Of a stretch of 64,000 nt of DNA, positions 28,038-36,909 are shown in pieces. The notes below the pieces were generated by a model. That model made no database searches. It was not told the DNA's origin and worked only from the letters and a program-made list of their open reading frames with translations. Location of the stretch: IMG/VR virus record IMGVR_UViG_3300016457_000183. One strand, written 5' to 3'. Within the stretch, counting starts at the first letter, position 1; every line of letters begins with the position of its first letter. Position numbers and translations under genes: made by a program. Origin of the DNA: an uncultured virus (IMG/VR IMGVR_UViG_3300016457_000183). Lineage: Duplodnaviria > Heunggongvirae > Uroviricota > Caudoviricetes.

Positions 28038-28730
28038 ATGTTAGAAGTTGATCGAAAACAACTCAAACGGATCACAAAGGTTAGTGATAAAGTGTTCTAT
28101 GCTTACAAACCTCTACAAAGACTACTACCTAACCTTACCAAAGCAGATATTGAGGACCTCAGAGAAGTTCTTAAGATGGAAGGATTAACAAAACCTTTGA
28201 GAGTAGTACTGTTCAGTGACAAGAAAGTCAAAAGGTATGTAGTGTTAGATGGTGTACATAGAGTTCAGATCGCAGTGGAGTTAGGTTTGGATTTGGAATT
28301 AGAAGAGGTTCAAGTGAGGAATGAGGAAGAGTTAGTAGAATTAGGATTGAAGCTCAATTTGCAGGAAAAGAGAGGTCGACAGATAAGTAAGAGACAGTTG
28401 GTAAAAAGATTACGAAAAGTACACTCTGATCTGTCTTTTGAAGAGTTCTGTGTGGTGTTGAAAGAGAAGTATGGTCTGCAGTTAAGTAAAGAGACAATCT
28501 CTAAGTATGTGTACTTGAAACAGAGAGGACAGGTTAAGTCAAGTGAACAGAAGTGTCGTATTAAAAGACTTGCACAGGAACTTGGTTGTAAACCTAAAGA
28601 ACTGGCAGAGACAGTGTGTACTTTGGTTAGGACAGTTCATCAAGTTGCTGGACCTCAATGGAAGACAATGTTGATGCAACTGTCAAATCCTGAACTAATA
28701 AGAGTTGTATCTACTGTAGTACAGTCATAG
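28038..28730 (+). CDS. ParB/Srx N-terminal-domain protein
   Basis: GLTKPLRV, YVVLDGVHRV, LNLQEKRGR followed by an HTH-like region; AAGGAGG RBS. Confidence 0.75.
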   Translation: MLEVDRKQLKRITKVSDKVFYAYKPLQRLLPNLTKADIEDLREVLKMEGLTKPLRVVLFSDKKVKRYVVLDGVHRVQIAVELGLDLELEEVQVRNEEELVELGLKLNLQEKRGRQISKRQLVKRLRKVHSDLSFEEFCVVLKEKYGLQLSKETISKYVYLKQRGQVKSSEQKCRIKRLAQELGCKPKELAETVCTLVRTVHQVAGPQWKTMLMQLSNPELIRVVSTVVQS

Positions 28731-28740
28731 TAACTCAACC

Positions 28741-28763
28741 AAACGGGCCATGATGGCCCGTTT
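28741..28763. repeat. Palindrome copy 2
   Basis: AAACGGGCCATGATGGCCCGTTT directly after the parB-like stop. Confidence 0.9.
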
Positions 28764-28765
28764 GA

Positions 28766-28842
28766 AAAATCTCAATTTTACTATGCAAAACCGCGTGAAA
28801 AAGTCAAAAATGTTAGGTTTTACATAGTAAAATTGAGATTTT
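28766..28842. repeat. Long inverted repeat (27-bp arms, 1 mismatch)
   Basis: AAAATCTCAATTTTACTATGCAAAACC...GGTTTTACATAGTAAAATTGAGATTTT. Confidence 0.9.
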
Positions 28843-29020
28843 ATTTTTCGGTACTTGTGAAAAAATTAAAGAAGCTCGGTTGTACATAGATAAAATTTCC
28901 TCAGTTTCTTATACAAAAACTTGCTGTTTTGTCTTTTTTGTAAGGTTCTACTATGTAAAACTATAAATTTTAGTAGACTGTTGCGAACCGTACTTCATTT
29001 TTGTCCTCAAAAATTCCTAC

Positions 29021-29078
29021 TTTTCTAAGCTAACTCGTTGAAATTATTACAACTCAGACACGGGCCATCATGGCCCGT
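29021..29078. repeat. Arm plus palindrome copy 3 (right inverted repeat)
   Basis: TTTTCTAAGCTAACTCGTTGAAATTATTACAACTCAGACACGGGCCATCATGGCCCGT. Confidence 0.85.
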
Positions 29079-29228
29079 TTGGCTCAAAAAATGTATGTTT
29101 GTTATTCAAACCGAACCAATTTTGACTAAATACTTACTTGTCTGATTAGTACCTTTCTCAGAGTATATGACAAGTACAATCGGTACCTAACTAATGTAAG
29201 AGTAAGTACTTACTCAAAATCAGTTCGG

Positions 29229-29708
29229 TTACTCACTTAACAAATGAGCTACCCATCTATGAAGCACTTCCCATCGTACCTTCATTGTCTTAGCACCACA
29301 TAGTACCAATCCGTTACCTTCTCTAATCGCGTTCCAGTCTAGCTCGAACAGATCGTACTTAGGATTGTACTCTCCTGTACGGTCACTGAACTCTGTGATT
29401 AGTACTTTCTTATGTTCTGCAGTGAACCCTAGAGCTTCTAGTATTGTATCCCACACATCATATGGTTGTCCTTGTACTTCGTTGGACAGTCCTTCCGCAG
29501 CAATTCTAAGGAACCCTTTAGCAATATCTAACCTTATCTTTTCCTTGTGTGTCTTTGGTTGTATTTCCTCTAACTTCTCTCTCAAAGATTGGGCATATAC
29601 TTTAGGACGGCACCATCTGAACTGGTCCGTCCAATCCCAATCCCAGTACTTATTGAACTGTCTCTTTCTTTTCTCGTTTAGTATCCTAACCGCGCCTCTC
29701 TTGGCCAT
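29229..29708 (-). CDS. Hypothetical protein
   Basis: AAGGAGG RBS. Confidence 0.65.
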   Translation of the reverse strand: MAKRGAVRILNEKRKRQFNKYWDWDWTDQFRWCRPKVYAQSLREKLEEIQPKTHKEKIRLDIAKGFLRIAAEGLSNEVQGQPYDVWDTILEALGFTAEHKKVLITEFSDRTGEYNPKYDLFELDWNAIREGNGLVLCGAKTMKVRWEVLHRWVAHLLSE

Positions 29709-29913
29709 ACTACCTCCTTTCTTGTCTCAGTGAACCACTCTTCGTTTCGGTCACAAAGACGGTTTTGATTGTGTTGAAGTCGAGAGAACAGGACCAATTA
29801 TTGAGTTCTGAAACTGTATTCCAGTTATGTATGGTATGCCATTCCTTACACGTGTTACACTATACCTGTACTTCTCTCATTACTCTACCTCCTTTTCCTA
29901 AGTGGTTATTAAC

Positions 29914-29943
29914 ATAAGGGACCCTAACAAAAGGGTCCCTTAT
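29914..29943. terminator. Hairpin, probable terminator
   Basis: ATAAGGGACCCT/AGGGTCCCTTAT downstream of 29958-30296. Confidence 0.6.
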
Positions 29944-29957
29944 CAACTTAAGGTTCG

Positions 29958-30296
29958 CTATTTCTCATCTCTTACTCTGTAGTATAATTGACCGACTTCC
30001 GACCTATACAATGTCTTTCCAACTTGGGACATTACCTTCTTGTACAGATCGGGCTTCTTCTGTTCCATTAGCTTACATACCACATAGAAGGCCGCTCCTG
30101 GTCCTAATGTCTCATACTCTTCTTGACCTACTTCCTTCTTAATTGTCCGTAAGGTTTCCCTGGCAAAGGATATGTGTCCTAGGCCGGCCGATTGTCCTTT
30201 CTTCCTCTGACGGGCTTGGGTCAATAAGTCCCTCAAGGATACCTGTTCCTCTCTTTTCTGAAGATCGGGATTGTGGATAACTGTCACTTTTTCCAT
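29958..30296 (-). CDS. Hypothetical protein, paralog of 31919-32230
   Basis: Shared I.NPDL, LGH.S..R...R.IK.EVG.EE..TLGP, KPDL, LYYR. Confidence 0.75.
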   Translation of the reverse strand: MEKVTVIHNPDLQKREEQVSLRDLLTQARQRKKGQSAGLGHISFARETLRTIKKEVGQEEYETLGPGAAFYVVCKLMEQKKPDLYKKVMSQVGKTLYRSEVGQLYYRVRDEK

Positions 30297-30397
30297 TTTT
30301 TCTCCTCCTTTCTTCTTTTTTACCGGTTAACGTTTAAAATTATAAAAATTTTATTTATAAATAAGAAAATGTAACTCGACCATCACCTCCTTTTCTC

Positions 30398-30808
30398 TTA
30401 AAAGGCCACAATCCACCCTTCATGCTTGAAGACAGCTTTCTTCTCAACTGTACCATCTTCAAGCACCTTTTCTTCAACCATTCTCTTTGTGAAAGAGAAA
30501 AGCGGTGTTACTCCTCTACACCGCAATATTGCCGCCAACGGAGTCATGAAGAACAAGGCTCCTCCAATCATCGCTTTTGTAACTCCGTGTTCAACGGCAA
30601 TGTCGGCTAGAGCCTGTGCTTTAGACATCACTTCTTCATAAGACGGGAGTTCATTAAACGTTAGCAACTCTCTTACCTTCTCTTTATCCTTCGGTTCAAT
30701 TACTCCTGCTTCAATCTGATCCGACGTGGCTGGATGTTGTGTTAGGTTCAAAATTTTCTCCTTTTTTTCCATTTTTCTGCCCCCTTTTCTCTTTTTTACA
30801 GGATTCAC
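30398..30808 (-). CDS. Conserved phage hypothetical protein
   Basis: ILNLTQHPAT.DQ..AGV, LLTF..LP, AMIGGA, FKHEGW; start probably MEKK. Confidence 0.7.
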   Translation of the reverse strand: MNPVKKRKGGRKMEKKEKILNLTQHPATSDQIEAGVIEPKDKEKVRELLTFNELPSYEEVMSKAQALADIAVEHGVTKAMIGGALFFMTPLAAILRCRGVTPLFSFTKRMVEEKVLEDGTVEKKAVFKHEGWIVAF

Positions 30809-30900
30809 GCAAAATTTTAAAAAAATTTTAGATAAAATTATATGTAAATAAAAAAATATGACCTAACCTGTCCTCATTTTTTGCCTCAAAAAATTCCTAC

Positions 30901-30957
30901 TTTTCTAAGTTAACCTATTGAAATCATTACAACTCCTGACCGGGCCATGGTGGCCCG
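30901..30957. repeat. Arm plus palindrome copy 4
   Basis: TTTTCTAAGTTAACCTATTGAAATCATTACAACTCCTGACCGGGCCATGGTGGCCCG. Confidence 0.85.
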
Positions 30958-31093
30958 TCTGTCACTACTTTCTGAGACAACCCCCGGCAGATGAACCAAA
31001 CTAACCTTCCCTTTCCTTTAACAAAGCAGACGGAGGGATCCCAAGGTCCCTTTTAAGAACCCGGTTCTTGTTACCTGACCTAAACCCGTGGTA

Positions 31094-31597
31094 CTACAGT
31101 AACTTATCTACCAACCGGGCCAGGTCATCCAAATCTCCCCAAGGAATCTCTCTAGGATCACCTGGAGAATCGTTCCAATAATACGGATTAACCGGGTATT
31201 TCTCCTCTAACTCGAGGAGTTTTAATCCGTATCCGGTCTGAATCTCCGGGTCCCTAACCAACTCCGGCCTCTGCTTACGAGGTCTCCCTCTCTTAACCGA
31301 GGCCTTCGCTTTAGTTAGGAGATCCCTTAAGGAGCCTTCTGGAGCAGGAGTGGTCTTCTCTTCTAACCTACGTACCTCTTCTTGATACTGTAGGTTAGCT
31401 GACCACTCCGCCATCCATGCTGATGGAGAGTGGTACGGAAGCCATTCCCACTCATTCCTCTTAAGTTTCGTGCCCAACAGAGCCTTAGGTTTGGAGGCCT
31501 TACGGTCACTTATCACAGGACGGTGACCACGACCTCTCTTCCGTCGACTCTGAGCACGAGCCTGTTGAAGGAGCTCCTTAATATTCACTTTTCTCAC
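31094..31597 (-). CDS. Basic hypothetical protein
   Basis: AAGGAGG RBS; two (K/R)(E/D)LL..A(R/K) segments; degraded paralog at 26044-26488. Confidence 0.7.
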   Translation of the reverse strand: MRKVNIKELLQQARAQSRRKRGRGHRPVISDRKASKPKALLGTKLKRNEWEWLPYHSPSAWMAEWSANLQYQEEVRRLEEKTTPAPEGSLRDLLTKAKASVKRGRPRKQRPELVRDPEIQTGYGLKLLELEEKYPVNPYYWNDSPGDPREIPWGDLDDLARLVDKLL

Positions 31598-31677
31598 CTC
31601 CTTTCTGGGCCGGTTGCCCTAAATACCTCAACGACTTTTTTGCCCCCGAAATTTACGAGTTTTTCAGGGTAATCTAC

Positions 31678-31716
31678 TGAAATCATTACAATTCCTGACC
31701 GGGCCATCATGGCCCG
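31678..31716. repeat. Arm plus palindrome copy 5
   Basis: TGAAATCATTACAATTCCTGACCGGGCCATCATGGCCCG. Confidence 0.85.
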
Positions 31717-31737
31717 TGTCGTTAAGGTATTTAGGAC

Positions 31738-31768
31738 GGTCACAAAGGATGTTCAGTCCTTTGTGACC
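31738..31768. terminator. Hairpin, possible terminator
   Basis: GGTCACAAAGGA/TCCTTTGTGACC. Confidence 0.55.
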
Positions 31769-31918
31769 TTGTAACCTCATTACAGTAGGTTCGGGTTGGT
31801 TTTGAAGGTCCGTCAGTGTAGCTCCCGACCGTCCGTACCCGTTACGGATCGGGCCTTAACGGACCTTTGTGTGTAAAGAGGGTTTACAGGACTCTCCTTA
31901 CCTTACCTTCAACCTCTA

Positions 31919-32230
31919 CTACTTTTCCCTGTAGTAGAGGTTGAATACCTCCCTTTTAAACCTTTCTTCCCCTACCTCTTCTTTAATCCGGGGAAGAAGG
32001 TCAGGTTTTCTCTGTTTTATCAGTTCCACCACCACTTTGTACACAGTGGTGGGTCCGAGAGTCCCGAACTCTTCGGTCCCAACCTCTCTCTTTATTTCCC
32101 GAATGTATGTTCGGGAGAGGGACACGTGTCCCAAGGTACGTTGTGGTTTCTGGGTTTTTACCTGGGAGATCAGGGTTTTGATGGTGACCTGGGGTTTAAG
32201 GTCAGGGTTGTAAATTTTCAAGTTCTTCAT
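31919..32230 (-). CDS. Hypothetical protein, paralog of 29958-30296
   Basis: AGGAGGAGG RBS; shared motifs. Confidence 0.75.
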   Translation of the reverse strand: MKNLKIYNPDLKPQVTIKTLISQVKTQKPQRTLGHVSLSRTYIREIKREVGTEEFGTLGPTTVYKVVVELIKQRKPDLLPRIKEEVGEERFKREVFNLYYREK

Positions 32231-32313
32231 AATTTACCTCCTCCTTTCTTAAGTTTAAGTGATGTTTTAATTTTAGGTAAATTATAATAGGGGAGGCGAA
32301 TTTAACTCGTATG

Positions 32314-32560
32314 GGTCCTTACTATATAACCCTCTTCCTCTGTTGTACAGACCCTCTGTAATATAAACCTCACTATATGAACCTTTGTTATGTAAACTCC
32401 TATTACATAGACCTTGTTATATAGAGTCCTTACTATATAACCCTCTTCCTCTCCTGTTGTACAAACCCTCTGTAATATAAACCTCACTAATATGAACCTC
32501 GTTAATATATGAAGTCCTTACTATATGAATCCCCAGTTAAATGAACCTTCATTATATAGG
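32314..32560. repeat. Direct repeat (period about 112 bp) with degenerate TATATRAACC subrepeats
   Basis: GTCCTTACTATATAACCCTCTTCCTCT...TAATATAAACCTCACT at about 32314 and 32426. Confidence 0.8.
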
Positions 32561-32827
32561 TCCCTATCGTGTAGGTTCTTACTAAGTACTGTTTAAGTTC
32601 TATTTAGGTTCCCATCTAGGTCCTATTCCTATTTTAGGTTCCTCACTAAGGTACCAATTTAAGCGCCTTTTACCTTGAGTTCCTATTCACTGTTAATACC
32701 CTTCTTTTCTCAATCTCAGTTCTTATCTACTTCTTCTTAGATAAGTGTCGTATATCACGAACTCTTGAAAAAGGGAACAGATCGGAGGTAAACTCTAAAA
32801 AACTTGTATCAGAAGGAGTAATTAATT

Positions 32828-33571
32828 ATGTGGTATGTCAATACTATTGGAAGTAAGTACAAGTATATCAAAGCTATAGAAGAAGTTATTGATAAGGAAG
32901 TTAAAGGAACAAGAAGGGTTATAGAACCTTTTGCAGGTACTTATACTATTAGTCATTTAATGGTTAGGAAAGGTTTGCATGTAATTAGTAATGATATAGG
33001 ATGGTGGTCGTATAGTATAGGGCGGGCGTTGGTTGGAGATGGGAAGTGGTTTGGCACCGCAGTGAGAGTGGTAAGTGTACTAGAAAGTGTTAGAAGGGTA
33101 CCTAGTGAAGGGTACGATAGGAAGTTGAAGAAGGATAAGATGGAAGAGATAGCAAGGAGGTTAAGAGAGAATAGGGTTAGAGGAGGAAGGTTAGTAGTTA
33201 GTAGAGGGAGTTATGATGAGTTTTTGAGGAAAGTTAAGAGAGTGGGAAGAGGTAGTGTTGTATATATAGATACTCCTAAAGTATTTAGGTCGGCGAAGGA
33301 GAGTGTTTTTAAGAATTTTCCTAAGTTGGACAGTTGGTTAATAGGTAAAGAAGTAGAGTATGAATTGTGGAATGAGAGTAATGTAAGAGAACATCATGAG
33401 AGGTTATTTAAGTTAGTGAGCGCGGTGGGGGTTAGGAAGGTGATTGTGGAATGCTACAAGAAGGCGGTACCTAAAGTGGATGAGATTGAGAGGATGATGA
33501 GGAAGTATTGGAAGGTAAGAAGAGCACATGAATTTAAGAATGACATTACTTTAGTAGGAGAGGAAAAATGA
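32828..33571 (+). CDS. Degenerate D12-class DNA adenine methyltransferase-like protein
   Basis: IGSK, EPFAGT SAM motif, ISND; motif IV reads YIDTPK instead of DPPY; short middle region. Confidence 0.6.
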   Translation: MWYVNTIGSKYKYIKAIEEVIDKEVKGTRRVIEPFAGTYTISHLMVRKGLHVISNDIGWWSYSIGRALVGDGKWFGTAVRVVSVLESVRRVPSEGYDRKLKKDKMEEIARRLRENRVRGGRLVVSRGSYDEFLRKVKRVGRGSVVYIDTPKVFRSAKESVFKNFPKLDSWLIGKEVEYELWNESNVREHHERLFKLVSAVGVRKVIVECYKKAVPKVDEIERMMRKYWKVRRAHEFKNDITLVGEEK

Positions 33572-34836
33572 AGGCGGTAGGTTTGGTAACTAAGAAAATT
33601 GGGGAAGTGTGCTTGGTCAAAATACCAGGAGTAAAAAGGGTTTTGGTTAGAGGAAATTGGAGGTTAGGAGAGAAGGTAGAGTTGGATGTTGACTTGCTCA
33701 AGGGGAAAGAAGAGGTAATAGTGTTGAGAGTGAAGAGTGTTAAAAAGGGAGAAGGAGAGTTGGGTGTTGAGATGGTTAGGAAGAGTGGAGCTGAGATAGG
33801 TAAGAGAGAAGTTTTAACGGGAACTTTATGTTCGCAAAGCAAGCGTAAAGTGGTGAAAGCAACTCCTGAGGTACTTTGGGATAGTAGGAGGATTCAAAAA
33901 TACCTAGAGTTTTGTGATCAGTATAAATTACCTGCGAGTATTGTTAGTTGGAAGTATGGTATAGTCCCAAGGGAAGCAGAAGTGTTCAATTACGATGAGT
34001 TCGAGACTAAGAGGGTTGAGCATTGGGTGAAAGTGCTGAAAGAGGCTAGAGATAGATATGGTATAAGAGAATTGTATATGTGGTTTGACCCTAGTAAAAG
34101 AACTATGAGTAGTACTATTTTGGAAGCGGCAAGGAGGGTGTTTGAGAAGAGTGGAGGAACGAGGCACCTGTATAACCTAAATAGATATCTAAATGGAAGG
34201 AGAGACCTCGAGGATGTAGTTAGTTCTTGGATACCCGTGAGATCACGAGTGATTGTAATCAATTCAGGTGATTTCTCTCTGTTGTATCACCTAACAAACG
34301 AGAAGTATTGTAGGTGTGTTGTGTATGATGATAGACCATGGGCGAAGGAGGTTCAGAAGGCAGTAATTAAGAGGGAGAGGATCCCAAAGAGGTTGCCAGA
34401 GGAACTACCTGAGTTACTTAAGCATAAGAACCTAACCGTCCGTGCAGCTGCAATTCTGTATTTCCTCCGACATAAAGAGATAGGAAATGTCGATCTGTCT
34501 GAGTTGAGAGAAATTGGAGAGATCCTCTTAAAAACTGGAAGGTATAGGAGAGTCGAAGTACGACATGTCTTTCCTAAGATACTGAAGAACGATATTGTAC
34601 TGGTCAAAGAACCTACCTCACATTCCTTCCTTGAAAAGTACTTCGGCGAGACAAAAAAAGATTTTGACTGGGATAAGGTAATGTTCAAGTTGGGAGAGGA
34701 ACTCCCTTCTAGTGTACTGATAATTCGAGAAGGTAAACTGAAAGAAGTGAACAGTTTCTACCAAAAAACTGGGAAGTACTTTAGTGATAGATCGGTTTTG
34801 ACTCTTAACGATAATGTTGTGTATAGGTGCGCTTAA
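33568..34836 (+). CDS. Multidomain protein with DUF6884-like segment
   Basis: LCSQSK...IVSWKYGIV...FNYD resembles the CxxxK...ILSAKYGL...PYD pattern. Confidence 0.45.
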   Translation: MKAVGLVTKKIGEVCLVKIPGVKRVLVRGNWRLGEKVELDVDLLKGKEEVIVLRVKSVKKGEGELGVEMVRKSGAEIGKREVLTGTLCSQSKRKVVKATPEVLWDSRRIQKYLEFCDQYKLPASIVSWKYGIVPREAEVFNYDEFETKRVEHWVKVLKEARDRYGIRELYMWFDPSKRTMSSTILEAARRVFEKSGGTRHLYNLNRYLNGRRDLEDVVSSWIPVRSRVIVINSGDFSLLYHLTNEKYCRCVVYDDRPWAKEVQKAVIKRERIPKRLPEELPELLKHKNLTVRAAAILYFLRHKEIGNVDLSELREIGEILLKTGRYRRVEVRHVFPKILKNDIVLVKEPTSHSFLEKYFGETKKDFDWDKVMFKLGEELPSSVLIIREGKLKEVNSFYQKTGKYFSDRSVLTLNDNVVYRCA

Positions 34837-34844
34837 AGAGAAGG

Positions 34845-35696
34845 TTATTTACTTAGGAAGTTCCAAGATCTCTCAAGTGTTTCGAAGTAGAGGGTAATAG
34901 CGTTGGTTGAGCATTTACCTGTTTTAATGTAGAGAAGGAACTCCTCTGCAAACCCTTCAGAGGGATTGGAGCGGCCGTAGGTTGATTGGATCCTGTTTCG
35001 TTGCCTCTCGTAGATTATGTTCCAAGCTTCGAATTCTTTATTGGAAATCTTTCCCATAAGAAGGTGCCCGAATTCGTGAATCCACACGTCTTTTTCTGTC
35101 TTTACGTAACTAGAAGGGTTCCTTGTAGGTAAGGCAGGGTTCATAAAGAGGTAGTTTCGGTCACCTAGTAGTTTTTTGTTTTGGTAGTAAGACCTAAGGG
35201 ACCTTTTTAAGTCGTGTTCTACCAATTCTTGAAGGAAGTTTACAAAGTTTTCGTCTAATTCCTTCACACCATAGGGAATTAAATGGAATTTCTTTGCTGT
35301 TGCGATGAACTTCTCTTGGGAAGTTTTGGATTTCTCTAGCTCAGAGATTATCTGACGGTAATAGGCTATCTTGCGCTTTCCGACATCTGTACTAAGAGCA
35401 AACCCCTTTAGTTTCCTTTTCTCTGTATCAGAAAAGAAGTGGACCTCTACGTTCTCGAGTAGTCCCGGGAATTTTTTGTCGGTGTCCTTGCACGCGGCGG
35501 CGAGCCATTTCCAGTCGATTTTCCCCTTATATGGAACTAACCCTTTGAAGGTATGAGGTGAGGAGTGTGAAAGTCTCTTAAGTAGAGATTCCGTGTCTGC
35601 TCTACGAACAAACTTAATTCCCTTAAAAAGGCTCTCTCGGATGGGGATCCTTTTTCCTTTGTAGGTAATCCACGTTATGATCCTTTCATAAGTCAT
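34845..35696 (-). CDS. WITxKG-motif protein with C-terminal zincin metallopeptidase
   Basis: WITYKGKRIPI; HEFGH...STYGRSNPSEGFAEEF. Confidence 0.75.
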   Translation of the reverse strand: MTYERIITWITYKGKRIPIRESLFKGIKFVRRADTESLLKRLSHSSPHTFKGLVPYKGKIDWKWLAAACKDTDKKFPGLLENVEVHFFSDTEKRKLKGFALSTDVGKRKIAYYRQIISELEKSKTSQEKFIATAKKFHLIPYGVKELDENFVNFLQELVEHDLKRSLRSYYQNKKLLGDRNYLFMNPALPTRNPSSYVKTEKDVWIHEFGHLLMGKISNKEFEAWNIIYERQRNRIQSTYGRSNPSEGFAEEFLLYIKTGKCSTNAITLYFETLERSWNFLSK

Positions 35697-35721
35697 TACT
35701 TACTTGTTAACTAGCGTCATT

Positions 35722-36573
35722 CTAAAGTAAGTTCCACTCTTTGTGAAGGCTTCTAAAATACTCGTTAAGTTCTTTTGTCGAGTTATTTCCTCTTGAAATG
35801 AACAACCAAAATTCCTCTGCAAACCCTTCAGTGGGGCTAGTTCTTCCGTACTCCGAACGTAACTTTAGCTGGTTGGGATAGTAAACATCAACCCAACGTT
35901 TCCACTGAGAAGGTTGAAGCTTAGCAGTTAGGACGTGCCCGAACTCGTGAATCCACGCGTGTCTTTGTGTTAGTGGATCTCGTTTATTCAAAACGGAAGG
36001 TTGAAAGCAAATGATTATATCGTCCGGAGTAATAGCGCTCTTTTGAGGTCTTCCTCCCCTGAGAGGAAGTATTACCAAGGGTTTCAGCTTCTCTATTTGA
36101 GTAAGATAGTAGTTTTTAAGATGAGTCAGGGTGTCGTACGTCAAGTTTGGGTTGGAGGTACCCAAACCGTATTTCGCGGCGATCTTTCGAAGTTCAGTGC
36201 GTGAGGTTGCACTACGTAATTCCTTACTGATGATGGTAAGTACCTGTAAATCTCTTCGCCCCAGAGTATCATTAACGACAAAACTCAGTACTGACGTTCC
36301 TCTACTTGTCTTGATTGGGATTATCTTGGTGCCGTGTAGGATTCCCGGGAACTTTTCGTCTACGGCTCGAACTGAAATCCCCAAGCTCTTCAGGTCGTAC
36401 TTCGTGAAATGAGGTTCGATGTCGCCGTACCTTCTCCAATACCTTCGATCAAGCTCTTCAGCTATTGGTATAGCTTCTTTTTTCGAGAGAAAGCGGGCTC
36501 CTCTTAGGATTCTCTCCGTGATTGGAATCCTCCTGCCCTTATACGTTATCCACTTGAGGATCCTGAGCCTCAT
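35722..36573 (-). CDS. WITxKG-motif protein with C-terminal zincin metallopeptidase (paralog)
   Basis: WITYKGRRIPI; HEFGH...SEYGRTSPTEGFAEEF. Confidence 0.75.
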   Translation of the reverse strand: MRLRILKWITYKGRRIPITERILRGARFLSKKEAIPIAEELDRRYWRRYGDIEPHFTKYDLKSLGISVRAVDEKFPGILHGTKIIPIKTSRGTSVLSFVVNDTLGRRDLQVLTIISKELRSATSRTELRKIAAKYGLGTSNPNLTYDTLTHLKNYYLTQIEKLKPLVILPLRGGRPQKSAITPDDIIICFQPSVLNKRDPLTQRHAWIHEFGHVLTAKLQPSQWKRWVDVYYPNQLKLRSEYGRTSPTEGFAEEFWLFISRGNNSTKELNEYFRSLHKEWNLL

Positions 36574-36909
36574 TTATACCCTCGGCTCGAAAATGTAGTC
36601 ACCTTGCTGTTGTGGAAGAAGGGCGATATGCCAGTACGGACTTAACAGGAGCTTTCGAGGTATTCCTTTAGGGAAGGCTTTGCATTTGTCGTTCTTGAGG
36701 TAGTGTTTACACTGATAACATGTTGGAGAGAGCGCGTTTGCTAGGGGATATAAGGGAAGATCCTTGATTGCGTTAACTTTGGGAATCTCCACGATTTTAC
36801 TCTCCTCTCTAATCAGTCGTTGACTATGTATATCCATTAATCTGCTAAGAGAGGCAAGGGAACTCCTACTCCTCAACTGTAATAATCCTACACTTGTTCT
36901 TATCACCAC
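36574..36909 (-). CDS. Small CxAFPxGIP-motif phage protein
   Basis: CYQCKH...CKAFPKGIP...H...FEP; true start probably MDIH. Confidence 0.65.
   Translation of the reverse strand: MVIRTSVGLLQLRSRSSLASLSRLMDIHSQRLIREESKIVEIPKVNAIKDLPLYPLANALSPTCYQCKHYLKNDKCKAFPKGIPRKLLLSPYWHIALLPQQQGDYIFEPRV

Noticed and set aside
32302..32487. 61-aa repeat ORF
   Set aside because: Arises from the direct repeat; no RBS
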